DNA of 63,616 nt, counting the filler. It is 9 parts of 9 records of this genome, joined end to end, with 100 filler letters (N's around TTAATTAATTAA, not from the genome) between each part and the next. Parts side by side here need not be neighbours in the genome. Positions count along the whole stretch, not along the records: positions 7,182 to 15,393 come from SRR31147125_38458; positions 15,494 to 21,076 come from SRR31147125_38472; 7 more parts are not named here. One strand, 5' to 3'. Made by a program: the position numbers and the translations under genes. Shown piece by piece: positions 9,828 through 19,412 of this stretch; positions within the stretch are counted from its first letter, which is position 1; the number at the start of each line of letters is the position of its first letter. The notes under the pieces were generated by a model. It was not told the DNA's origin and made no database searches. It saw only the letters and a list, made by a program, of their open reading frames with translations.

Positions 9828-11072
9828 ATGAAACAGCGCGTCATATTACATTCTGATATGAATAATTATTATGCCAGTGTCGAGTGCCATCATCGTCCAG
9901 AAGTCAGGAATAAACCTGTTGTTGTGGGTGGTGATGAAGAACTGCGCCATGGTATTGTGCTTGCAAAAAACTATATTGCAAAAGCGGCTGGGATTCGAAC
10001 AGGCGAGACGCTTTGGCAAGCGCGGGAAAAATGTCCGGGGCTTATTGTTTTGCCGCCAAATTATCCGCTCTATCTGCGCTATTCAAAGCTGGCGCGGCAG
10101 ATATATGAAAACTATACGGCTCAAATTGAACCATTTGGTTTAGATGAGGCTTGGTTGGATGTTAGCGGTGATAATGGAGAGTTGGTTGCTAATGATATAC
10201 GTAAGCGGATAAGTCGTGAATTGGGTATTACCGCTTCTGTTGGCGTGAGTTATAACAAGATATTCGCTAAGCTTGGGTCTGATCTTAAAAAACCGAATGC
10301 CACAACCGTAATCAGTCGGGATAATTACCAAACTGTTGTGTGGCCATTACCAGTCGAAGACCTTCTGTATGTTGGTTCCGCAACCAAGCAAAAGCTCAAC
10401 AAGTATTGCATCACAACGATTGGAGAGTTGGCAAATACATCTGAAGAATTCCTGCATGGATTGCTAGGAAAGGTAGGTAATGTTTTATTTTCCTTCGCCA
10501 ACGGTCTTGACCAGTCTCCGGTCATGCGTATGGATGAAGAATCACAAATCAAGTCCGTGGGTAACAGCACAACCACACCGCGCGATCTTATTTGCGATGA
10601 AGACGTAAAAATTATTTTGTTCGTTCTCAGTGAAAGTGTATGTGCCCGTATGCGCGAACATGGTTTTTTTACCCGCACTGTAGTCATCTCTGTGAGGGAT
10701 AATGAGTTATATCGATTTGAACGACAAATGAAACTGTCGAAACCATCTTGCATATCCGGTGAGATCGCTCATGCTGCGATGCAGTTATTCCATCGTCATT
10801 ATCGCTGGCCGAAACCTGTTCGAAGTCTTGGTGTCCGTTGTACCGATCTGATTCCATCGAATACGCCGCTACAATTATCACTATTCGAAGATCAGGCACA
10901 ACGCCAAAAACAGGAGGCGCTTGACAGAACAGTGGACTCGTTACGGCGCAGGTTCGGCCATTTCTGCATTCAACGTGCGTCTGTATTGGCTGATAAACCA
11001 CTCTGTGGCATTAACCCCAAAGGTGATCATATCATACATCCTGTGGGATTCTTTAAGGACAGCATGTCATGA
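9828..11072 (+). CDS. dinB: Y-family DNA polymerase IV
   Basis: ILHSDMNNYYASVE, IEPFGLDEAWLD, ASVGVSYNKIFAKLGSDLKKP, little-finger domain and QLSLF clamp motif. Likely start is ATG 9828. Confidence 0.93.
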   Translation: MKQRVILHSDMNNYYASVECHHRPEVRNKPVVVGGDEELRHGIVLAKNYIAKAAGIRTGETLWQAREKCPGLIVLPPNYPLYLRYSKLARQIYENYTAQIEPFGLDEAWLDVSGDNGELVANDIRKRISRELGITASVGVSYNKIFAKLGSDLKKPNATTVISRDNYQTVVWPLPVEDLLYVGSATKQKLNKYCITTIGELANTSEEFLHGLLGKVGNVLFSFANGLDQSPVMRMDEESQIKSVGNSTTTPRDLICDEDVKIILFVLSESVCARMREHGFFTRTVVISVRDNELYRFERQMKLSKPSCISGEIAHAAMQLFHRHYRWPKPVRSLGVRCTDLIPSNTPLQLSLFEDQAQRQKQEALDRTVDSLRRRFGHFCIQRASVLADKPLCGINPKGDHIIHPVGFFKDSMS

Positions 11073-11332
11073 AGGAAATGCGTTATGAAAACGAGAATAA
11101 GGTATACGTCAAGGTGGGTGCCCTTTTTCATTCTGACGGACGGATTGAGCCTATGGCTTTTTGGTGGGAAGACGGACGACGCTATGCCATTGACAGGATA
11201 CTGGACGTATGCCGTGCCGCCAGTACCAAAGTGGGCGGCACAGGAATCCGATATACATGCATGGTGTGCGGTAAACAAATATATCTCTTTTTAGAAGAAG
11301 ATCGTTGGTTCATTGAACGGAGGACTGGATAA
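11069..11332 (+). CDS. Small dinB-associated protein
   Basis: Overlaps the dinB stop; P..F.WEDG..Y.IDRI...RAAS.K.GG.G.RY.C...WF pattern. Confidence 0.75.
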   Translation: MKEMRYENENKVYVKVGALFHSDGRIEPMAFWWEDGRRYAIDRILDVCRAASTKVGGTGIRYTCMVCGKQIYLFLEEDRWFIERRTG

Positions 11333-11619
11333 TGTGCTGGAGAAAATCGGCGCTGTATCGTCGTTGCCACAGGCTTCTATGAATGGCAAAACGGGATGGC
11401 GACAAATAAATGTTGCCGTTCCGACGCTCAAAAACAAAGATGTCGTACCTTGCCGGACTCTATAAGAAACCTCCTATTGGAGATACATACGTCATAATTA
11501 CCACTGCCGCCAACCCGTTAATATCATTATATCATCACCGGATAGTGTTTATACTTGATACTGACTATCTCAGATTATGGCTTCCCAGCGTAGATTTTGC
11601 TCTTGGCTTAATACAATAG
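11332..11619 (+). pseudogene. SOS response-associated peptidase (SRAP/YedK-HMCES family) remnant
   Basis: TAATG-coupled Met-Cys start, then ENRRCIVVATGFYEW in a second frame and LAGLY...IITTAANPLI..YHHRIVFILD...WL in a third. Confidence 0.8.
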
Positions 11620-11660
11620 CCATGTAATGCTGTATTCACCGCTTGCATCGTTTGGTATCA

Positions 11661-12620
11661 TTACCGAACTATGTCGCATTTATTCCGACATAGTTTCCGC
11701 TGTATCATCAACATATCATTGTAATCCTCACCTTTATCCGGCGGCTTGTTTTCGATGGCGCAGACACCATCCAAAATAACAGATATGGCTTGCGCCGCCT
11801 GTCGGCCTGCGTCATCGTCGTCAAGACAGAGCACAATCGTGTCTGTCTGAGGATGCTCCTTTAGATATTGTTCCAATGCCTTTGGTAGCGTTGTTTCCGC
11901 AATATCTTTTCTTGGCAGATAGATTCCCCCAAGGGAGAGATAGCTCAGATCATGCCAGTTTTGTCCATTCATCTTAACAAGAGTGGCAAACGATAGGACG
12001 TCCACGGCACTTTCAAAAACATGTAATTGACTATTTGGTTGATCTGCCAGAATACAAAACCCGTGCCGCTTATCGCTGCCCAAAACATCCAACTTAAATG
12101 TAGAATTATATGATGTCCCTCTCAGCGTGGCATAACAAGGGATACCTCTGGTGTCAAATCCTACGAAGACAGCATTCCCGTATTTTTTGCTCTGGTATAT
12201 CTGACCCTTTTGAATACAATACGATAAAATGTCCTGATCAATGCCACGGCCTTTCAGATAAGCCATGACACGCTGATTGTCTGGATTTGCCTTTGGCAGT
12301 TCAAAATGCTTAGTAGGCTCTTTTTGAGTCGTGGTCATCGGCGCAGTAATACCTGCACGATTATTATCGTATAGCAGCAACACGGCGTCTGTAAACGCCA
12401 TGTTTTTCACCTTGATGAGATAATCCAGCGCTGAGCGCCCTCCGACATGACGAGACCACCAGCACCATTTTCCATTGGAAATCTTTAAGCTGTCGTGTGT
12501 TTTCGTTGTATATTCATTTCCCCCGACATGTACCAGCTCCTGCGGCTCATATCTCTGCAGGTATATCAGCAAGTCCATTTGCTTGACTTTCTTGATGATC
12601 TCCGGGTCAATATATGGCAT
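11661..12620 (-). CDS. DUF3991 and TOPRIM domain protein
   Basis: HDSLKISNGKW.W.S...GG.SALDYLI, YL..RGID, NAVFVGFD, VFESAVD.LS, LCLDDDDAG, DYND. Likely start MPYID after GAGGTG. Confidence 0.88.
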   Translation of the reverse strand: MPYIDPEIIKKVKQMDLLIYLQRYEPQELVHVGGNEYTTKTHDSLKISNGKWCWWSRHVGGRSALDYLIKVKNMAFTDAVLLLYDNNRAGITAPMTTTQKEPTKHFELPKANPDNQRVMAYLKGRGIDQDILSYCIQKGQIYQSKKYGNAVFVGFDTRGIPCYATLRGTSYNSTFKLDVLGSDKRHGFCILADQPNSQLHVFESAVDVLSFATLVKMNGQNWHDLSYLSLGGIYLPRKDIAETTLPKALEQYLKEHPQTDTIVLCLDDDDAGRQAAQAISVILDGVCAIENKPPDKGEDYNDMLMIQRKLCRNKCDIVR

Positions 12621-12642
12621 GTTTTCACCTCTTTCGGACATA

Positions 12643-12675
12643 GAAAAAGCCGACCGGGCTGTGCCGGACGGCCTA
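12643..12675 (-). terminator. Possible intrinsic terminator
   Basis: Minus strand AGGCCGTCCGG-cacagc-CCGGTCGGCT followed by TTTTCT. Confidence 0.5.
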
Positions 12676-12699
12676 AGGTGTGCAGTGTATTCAGTTGTC

Positions 12700-13092
12700 T
12701 CACGTATTCGCTGTTTCCCTCAGTTGACTGATCCTTTGTGTATCCACATAATGCGTGGCATATGCGGTTTCAATTTTCTCATCCCCGGACTTGCTGAATC
12801 GCAGCTTGTTCTTCCGGTCCTTCCCGTACTGATGGTAAAACGTCCATGAGGGCTTGAGCTTGTTTATTGCTGCGTAAGACCGTACCTCGCTCATAATAGC
12901 GGAGAGTTGGCGCAAGTTCGCATGGCAAACCTTTTCCAGAAAGGACACTCTGCCAAAGCGCCAATTCTCATAATCTTTCTTATCCAGAACACCTATATCC
13001 ATCAACACGTCTACCGGAGCCACATAACCTTTTTGCCGCATGTGCTGGTACATGGCGTTATGGATTTTGCCTTTCAGGTTTTGTGTGTCCAT
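12700..13092 (-). CDS. Conserved-looking hypothetical protein
   Basis: 130-aa ORF with AAAGGA RBS, starting 9 nt after the HipA-like gene. Confidence 0.75.
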   Translation of the reverse strand: MDTQNLKGKIHNAMYQHMRQKGYVAPVDVLMDIGVLDKKDYENWRFGRVSFLEKVCHANLRQLSAIMSEVRSYAAINKLKPSWTFYHQYGKDRKNKLRFSKSGDEKIETAYATHYVDTQRISQLRETANT

Positions 13093-13101
13093 ATCAAAAT
13101 C

Positions 13102-14517
13102 CTATCGTTCCAAAGGTGGGGTATCCTTTTGCCGTGTAAGCCCCAAAAGCTGCCGCACACGGCGCTGCGTATGTTTTTCGATGGCCTCCAGCCGTTCCTC
13201 TGGCCAGTTTATGGACGAGTGTCGTTTGAACCGGAACCCAATCAGACGTCGTAACTGCTGCGTCTGCACCTTGCCCATGACCTGGGTGCAAATACGCTCG
13301 AAAGAAATATCACCATACGCAGGGAAGCGCGTTTTCGCATACTCGTCCAGATGAGCGATGTCGTCCTGCATGGCATAGTTAAACAGCGAAAGCCCGTTGT
13401 CGAAGATGGGGGCCGGTGCGATGATCGCACCGGCGTGATTATCACGCAACACACCAAAGTTGCCGAAGTGCCGATCCTCGTTGTAGATCACGGCATCAAA
13501 TACCAGCATACTATGTGCGGCTTCCAGAAAATCATCGCCCAATTCAGCGCAGTAGTCAAGGCAAGCCTGCAAGCCACCGGAGCGTACCAGCCGCCCGATG
13601 GGAATGAAGGCGGTATTAATGTCGGTAAATAATTTGCACTTGGAGGCAAGAATACCTTTCCAGTGTTCCAGATCATACACGACGGCACGCAGGCCCATGG
13701 TCTGGGCGATCTGACAAGCGTAAAACTCGCTGTACGGCTCGTTGCCGGTATTGGCCGCACCGCTTGTGCCGCCCTTATACAAATAGATTTCGCCGTTCTC
13801 CAGCCGGTGCCACGCCTTGGGCAGCATACCACCCGTAGTCAACTCAGGAGAGGTGGTAAAAGCCCGGTCGCTCTGCTGGGTGCCCGTGTAGGCTACCAGC
13901 GAAAGAATTTCCGAGAACTCGTTATCATAGAGGTTGTATTCTGCAAACGTCCCGTCAAAGCCCTTGGGAACCACCCAAAAGCTGTCGTTTAGGGATAACC
14001 CCTTGCATACGTCGATGATGCCTTTGGTGTTTCCCACTGAAAGCCCCAGCGTTTTTAGTATCTCTTCCACAAAGGCACGGTTTTTCGGTATCACTCGATG
14101 CCGCAACCAGCCTAAAACACCCTCGTCAGTAAGCTGTAAATCCAACGGCAGCAGATGTCTTTTCTCATCAAGCAAAGTCGCAATTTCCGCCGCTAGGCTG
14201 ACGCCCTTCTCCTCCAGCTTGAATTCCAGCAAAGGCGTATCATATAAGCGAAGCTCATAGAGGTTTGCCATGGTCACCATGTCCTCCTTTTCTTTTGGAA
14301 CCAAATCTAATTCCATATGCAGTGCAGCGGCGATATTCAAAAGAAAATCCAATGAGGGATTGTGCGCACCGCTCTCCAGCCGGGAGATGTTGGAGCGCTG
14401 TGTCCCAAGCATTTTCGCAAGCTGCGCCTGCGTCAACCCTTGATCTGTCCGTGCCTGTATGATCCTCTCAATCAGGTTTTGCCGCCACTGTTTTGTCATT
14501 TGATCATAATCGGGCAT
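13102..14517 (-). CDS. XRE-family HTH fused to a HipA-like kinase
   Basis: GLTQAQLAKMLGTQRSNISRLESG..NPSLD HTH; kinase motifs GMLPKAW, LYKGG, EPYSE, FDAVIYNEDRHFGNFG, APIFDNGLSL. Likely start is ATG 14517. Confidence 0.88.
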   Translation of the reverse strand: MPDYDQMTKQWRQNLIERIIQARTDQGLTQAQLAKMLGTQRSNISRLESGAHNPSLDFLLNIAAALHMELDLVPKEKEDMVTMANLYELRLYDTPLLEFKLEEKGVSLAAEIATLLDEKRHLLPLDLQLTDEGVLGWLRHRVIPKNRAFVEEILKTLGLSVGNTKGIIDVCKGLSLNDSFWVVPKGFDGTFAEYNLYDNEFSEILSLVAYTGTQQSDRAFTTSPELTTGGMLPKAWHRLENGEIYLYKGGTSGAANTGNEPYSEFYACQIAQTMGLRAVVYDLEHWKGILASKCKLFTDINTAFIPIGRLVRSGGLQACLDYCAELGDDFLEAAHSMLVFDAVIYNEDRHFGNFGVLRDNHAGAIIAPAPIFDNGLSLFNYAMQDDIAHLDEYAKTRFPAYGDISFERICTQVMGKVQTQQLRRLIGFRFKRHSSINWPEERLEAIEKHTQRRVRQLLGLTRQKDTPPLER

Positions 14518-14806
14518 TGCTGTGTTTCCTTCCTGCAAAGTCATCCTTATGGTATCATATTTGTATCAATAATTCAACGGAAGTATACAAGGCCTGAACT
14601 CATAAATGTTACAATAGTCCATAACAACAATTAGGGAAAGCAAATTATTTACGGGAACAAGTACGAGAATATTCAAATAATATGAACAGATCATTAGTGG
14701 CGGAGATATTCCTGACTTTCTTGAACGAAACAGGGATATTGCTCATAATTTCAAAATACTAACAAGAAACATGAATCGATTTCCAAACGGTAAAAAGTAA
14801 GTTTTA

Positions 14807-15031
14807 TCACCTCCTGATCCTTTCTCTGCGTATTGCTTTCCTAATCATCCTCTTAATCTTCTTTTTGGTAACTTTAGAGAGGTGAGGCTTTATACCACTA
14901 TTTTTTTCCGGCAAGTTCTCAATCAAGTCATCTAAATATTCATGAATTCCTTTGCGGAGTAACAATAAAAAAACCTTATCATCAAAATGATTAGCATTGT
15001 TATTTGGATCATCCTCATAGTTTTTACTCAT
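14807..15031 (-). CDS. Small hypothetical protein
   Basis: 74-aa ORF with a plausible AGGTGG RBS; no motif recognised. Confidence 0.4.
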   Translation of the reverse strand: MSKNYEDDPNNNANHFDDKVFLLLLRKGIHEYLDDLIENLPEKNSGIKPHLSKVTKKKIKRMIRKAIRRERIRR

Positions 15032-15393
15032 GACTTTCCACCTACATTAATGCTCTCTACTAATAATACAGTTTATCTTCGCTAAATGTTGCATGGAATT
15101 TACTCTATAAGGCATTTTTATGATGCGGCTGGGTTGATGACATTTTCTTGGCAGCATCTTAAAATTACTCTTCTCCTTTCCGGAGTTAAAACTGGATAAA
15201 AATCAAAACCACATCCTTTTGTGCAGAGGTCGTTCTGATTTTACCCGTTCTGTCATTCAATATCTTTAAGAAAAACCTTTATTTTTTCAGCCATTGCTTT
15301 GCTTTTATAATAATGAAGGTAATGTCCGCAGTTAAAAATTTCGAGAGACGCATGATTTTCTTTAGAAAATCTCTCCTGTGCGGGAAGCCAAAA

Positions 15394-15493
15394 NNNNNNN
15401 NNNNNNNNNNNNNNNNNNNNNNNNNNNNNNNNNNNNNTTAATTAATTAANNNNNNNNNNNNNNNNNNNNNNNNNNNNNNNNNNNNNNNNNNNN
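15394..15493. other. Artificial contig spacer
   Basis: N44-TTAATTAATTAA-N44. Confidence 0.99.
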
Positions 15494-15543
15494 ATTCAGC
15501 TGAACTAACTGCCTAATCATTTATTTAAATATAATGGGTCATA

Positions 15544-16413
15544 ATGGATTCACATTTACAAGAAGAATTCAATTTTGATGAGAAAAACGAAAATGACGAT
15601 AAAAAGTTATTCTCCCGGCTTGAATTAGAGAAACCACTTGTGCTTTTTGATTTGGAAACAACCGGGCTGGATATTCAAAATGACAGAATCGTCCAGTTCG
15701 CTTTTATTCGTATTCATCCTGACAAAACACAGGAAGAATGGGTGGATATTGTAAATCCTGGAATACCGATTCCCGTTGAAGCATCAAATGTGCATGGTAT
15801 AACAGATGAGATTGTAAAGGATAAGCCAACATTTGATCATTTTGCTGTGAAAATAAATGAATTTCTGCATGGATGCGATTTGGCTGGATTTAATGTGGTG
15901 AGGTTTGATGTTCCGTTTTTGCAGGCTGAAATGACACGACATAATTTTCCGCTTGATCTCAATAGTATGAGTGTTGTGGATGCACAGGTTATATTTCACA
16001 AGCGGGAACCACGAAATTTAACAGCTGCTTTTCGATACTATTGTGGCGCTGAACTTGTGGATGCGCATGATGCACTGGCGGATATTAAGGCAACGCTGGA
16101 TGTTCTCGATGCGCAAATCAATCGCTATCAGGACCTTCCAGCAAAAGTGTCTGATCTGCACAAGTACTGCAATACGACCTCTGATCGCTGGGTCACACAG
16201 GACAGAAAATTTTATTGGCGAAATGGTGAGGCCGTCATTTCTTTTGGAAAACATCGTAGCAAGAGTTTGGAATGGTTGCATGATAATGATCTCGATTACC
16301 TGATGTGGATTAAAAACAGTGATTTTTCGGACGAGACCAAGATGTTGATTGATAATGCGTTACAAGGCCATTATCCCAAAAAAGAGAAAACAAAAGAAGA
16401 TGAGGAAACATAA
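15544..16413 (+). CDS. DEDDh 3'-5' exonuclease (DNA polymerase III epsilon-like)
   Basis: FDLETTG, VHGIT, GFN..RFD, AHDALAD motifs; C-terminal FGKH...YL.W subdomain. Confidence 0.9.
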   Translation: MDSHLQEEFNFDEKNENDDKKLFSRLELEKPLVLFDLETTGLDIQNDRIVQFAFIRIHPDKTQEEWVDIVNPGIPIPVEASNVHGITDEIVKDKPTFDHFAVKINEFLHGCDLAGFNVVRFDVPFLQAEMTRHNFPLDLNSMSVVDAQVIFHKREPRNLTAAFRYYCGAELVDAHDALADIKATLDVLDAQINRYQDLPAKVSDLHKYCNTTSDRWVTQDRKFYWRNGEAVISFGKHRSKSLEWLHDNDLDYLMWIKNSDFSDETKMLIDNALQGHYPKKEKTKEDEET

Positions 16414-16739
16414 TACCCGAAAGATTCGTAAAAGACCATTAAATAGGTATCTGATGCCTGACACATTTACCTGTAATTCTGCAATATAGGAGTTTAATTC
16501 TATTGAAATTGCGTATGTCTTTCAGCCTTTCTCGTGCAAAGTCCGAACTTGTAAAAAAGTAATATGGTAAATAAATCGGATTCCATTCGCTGACAATCTC
16601 CTCTCAATCCACACCCCACCTCTATAAGGTGTTTTTTATAATCAACAGGAATCTATATGAGTTTTGAAACGTTTAAAATTCAATGATGAAATTGTAAAAT
16701 ATTTGAGTAATCATGATATAACGTCATTGTGGTTTTTTT

Positions 16740-17204
16740 ATGAATCAAAAACAATACATATGTTTAATTTTTGCAACCTGTTTTATCTTATTGTCTGGCT
16801 GTAGCACGGATCATGGATTGGGAACACTGGATTCCAAAATAACAGGAGATATTATTTTCCTCAATATGGAAAAGAAACCGGAGTATATTGAAGCTGTTCG
16901 AATAGTTGCTGCGGTCAGGTTACCACCGGAAAATCTGGGAGATGTTGTTTTCACAAATTCTTCCATCAATCTGGCCAGCCCTCAATCCGAATATGATATC
17001 CCTGCTCCGATTGCGTCTTATGAGCTGGTTGCCGCAGTGTGGAAGGAAAAGGGTAAGGCATGGAATTATGCCAATATTCTTGGTTTTTATGGTTTTGATC
17101 CGGTTAATTTAAAGTTTGAGTATCAAAAAGTTGTTTTATCCAATAATCAACCCGTTGCCCAAAATATTGATATCATTTGCGATTGGTCGTTGTTGAATTC
17201 CTGA
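16740..17204 (+). CDS. Lipoprotein of unknown function
   Basis: Signal peptide with LSGC lipobox; 9 nt upstream of the TonB receptor. Confidence 0.75.
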   Translation: MNQKQYICLIFATCFILLSGCSTDHGLGTLDSKITGDIIFLNMEKKPEYIEAVRIVAAVRLPPENLGDVVFTNSSINLASPQSEYDIPAPIASYELVAAVWKEKGKAWNYANILGFYGFDPVNLKFEYQKVVLSNNQPVAQNIDIICDWSLLNS

Positions 17205-17213
17205 GAGCCGTTT

Positions 17214-19361
17214 ATGAGATATTTTACATACATATTTATCGTGTTCGTCGTTTTTATTTTATCTGGCTTTTCTTTTGCTCAGGTACAAGGTAATATTACA
17301 GGGTATGTTTACGACGAAGAATCAAAAGAATTGCTGACAGGGGCAAATATTCAGATTGAAGGGACTCTGTTGGGAAGTAGTAGCGATCGGGATGGTTATT
17401 TCGAGATTAATAAAATTCCTCCCGGACTCTATAACCTAAATGTGCGTTACATCGGATTTAAATCAAAGATGATTGAGATAAATATCACCGCGCGTTCGAC
17501 ATTGAATTTGGATGTTCTGTTACAGCCCACAGCTATTGAAATAGAACAGATTATTATAACCGGATCCCGGCAACCCGAAAGGCTGGCTTCTGCGGCATCC
17601 AGTGTCAATATTTTAAATTCTTATGACATTCAGAGGAGAAATAAATTTCGTCTGGATGAAGCCCTGACAACTGTACCGGGCGTGGCTCTGGTAGGTGAAA
17701 GCATTAACATACGTGGCGGTTCCGGTTATAATCGTTTGGGCGGGAGCAGAGTTCTGGTATTGTTAGATGAAGTACCCATTTTGACCAGTGATCTTGGTAA
17801 CGCAAACTGGAATATATTACCTCTCTCTGAAATAGAACACATTGAAGTATTAAAGGGGGCGGCATCTTCTCTTTATGGTTCCGGCGCACTGAGCGGTGTT
17901 GTCAATATAATCACAAAGCTGCCAAGCCGGGGGCATAGTGTTTCATTTAAGCAGAGTAGTGGATTTTATGATGAACCTTCTGTTCCGGAATGGAAGTGGA
18001 CAGACAAAACACTCTATTTTAACCGCACGGATGTGAGTTACTCAAAATCGGTGGGGCCGTTAGGAGTTCGTTTGGCTGTTTCGCGTCACAATTCCACAGG
18101 TGATCGGGAAAATGGTGAGTTTAATCGCTGGTATTTTACCGGTAAAACAAGATGGCAGATCAATGAAAAGTCGACATTGAGCGCTTTTTCAACATATAGT
18201 TTTGAAGATCGTGAGTTGTTTTTGCAATGGCTGGAGCAAAATAGCGCACTTACGGTACCTCCCACCGAACGTGGCGACCGGGTTGAATTAACCGGATTTT
18301 TAGGGTATATTATTTACCACAAGCTGTATTCCCCCAACCTTTCCACAAAATTCCGGGTTTCCTACAATCAACAGTTAGTGGGATTGCCTTTTAACATTAG
18401 CAATGCTTTTACGCCAGCTATCGGTTTGAGCAGTGAAGCGCAGGTTAACTGGCAGCCACATGAAGCACATAGTTTTTCAATGGGTGTTGATTATAAACAT
18501 GATATGGTTGAATCCGAGTTTTATGGCAAGCAAAGTGCGAATGGCGTTTCGCCTTATATTCAGGAAATCTGGAAAATTTCAAATTTATTACAGCTTAACG
18601 CGGGATTGCGATTTGATACCTATACTTTGGTGAGTGATTCCATAGAAACTCAGCTTAGCCCGAAAATCGGTTTTAGTTTTCAACCCGTATATGGTTCGGT
18701 GATCCATTTTTCTTTTGGAAGGGGATTTCGTGCCGCCACAGCCGTTGAGCGTTTTATTTCCGCAGGATCAAAAGATTTCAGAGCCCTTCCCAATCCTGAT
18801 TTAAAGCCCGAACGATCGACATTGTTTGATATTGGACTCAGACAGCAGATCCGCCACAATGTTTATGCAGAGGTGGCTGTTTTTTCCAGCAACTATAAAA
18901 ATTTGATTGAACCAACCCTGAATTCAGATCTGACAGCCCAGTTTATTAATCAACCTGAAGCCCGTATCCAGGGTATTGAAACAGAGTTACGATGGAAGTT
19001 ATGGCGTGATCATGTTAATTTACAGGCTTCAGCATCCTGGATGGATCCAAAAGAGGTTGATACTGGCGAGCCTTTGTTGTACCGGCCACGTTTTATTGGC
19101 TATTTTTCACCTTCGTTCACTTTGGGACCCTTTCAGTTTGAGGTTGATTATCGATACATGAGCAAAATTGACCGGGTCGCCATCTATCCGCTAGATGAAC
19201 AAGTACCGACCAAGGTCTGGGATGTGCGCTGGAAATACAACTGGCAGAACTTGACATTTCAGGCAGCCATAAAAAATGCCGCCAATTATAACTATACCAT
19301 TTCCGAGCGAGTTTTAGGAGAAATCAGACATTTTATTTTTTCCATATCCGGAGATATATAA
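17214..19361 (+). CDS. TonB-dependent receptor with N-terminal carboxypeptidase-regulatory-like domain
   Basis: Signal peptide, ITGYVYD...GANI.IEG, plug motifs NIRGG and IEVLKGAASSLYGSGALSGVVNIITK, barrel motif NPDLKPERS. Confidence 0.93.
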   Translation: MRYFTYIFIVFVVFILSGFSFAQVQGNITGYVYDEESKELLTGANIQIEGTLLGSSSDRDGYFEINKIPPGLYNLNVRYIGFKSKMIEINITARSTLNLDVLLQPTAIEIEQIIITGSRQPERLASAASSVNILNSYDIQRRNKFRLDEALTTVPGVALVGESINIRGGSGYNRLGGSRVLVLLDEVPILTSDLGNANWNILPLSEIEHIEVLKGAASSLYGSGALSGVVNIITKLPSRGHSVSFKQSSGFYDEPSVPEWKWTDKTLYFNRTDVSYSKSVGPLGVRLAVSRHNSTGDRENGEFNRWYFTGKTRWQINEKSTLSAFSTYSFEDRELFLQWLEQNSALTVPPTERGDRVELTGFLGYIIYHKLYSPNLSTKFRVSYNQQLVGLPFNISNAFTPAIGLSSEAQVNWQPHEAHSFSMGVDYKHDMVESEFYGKQSANGVSPYIQEIWKISNLLQLNAGLRFDTYTLVSDSIETQLSPKIGFSFQPVYGSVIHFSFGRGFRAATAVERFISAGSKDFRALPNPDLKPERSTLFDIGLRQQIRHNVYAEVAVFSSNYKNLIEPTLNSDLTAQFINQPEARIQGIETELRWKLWRDHVNLQASASWMDPKEVDTGEPLLYRPRFIGYFSPSFTLGPFQFEVDYRYMSKIDRVAIYPLDEQVPTKVWDVRWKYNWQNLTFQAAIKNAANYNYTISERVLGEIRHFIFSISGDI

Positions 19362-19412
19362 ATAATTTTTGTTGGTTGCTGATGAATTTTCGAAAATTAA
19401 AAGGGCTCATTC

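Larger units (their letters stand above)
7182..14600. mobile_element. Fragment of a Firmicutes integrative/conjugative element (MOBP mobilisation module plus backbone and cargo)
   Basis: Relaxase, MobC, oriT-like site, DUF3846/YodL and DUF3991-toprim genes are co-oriented. Element boundaries are not visible. Confidence 0.85.
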
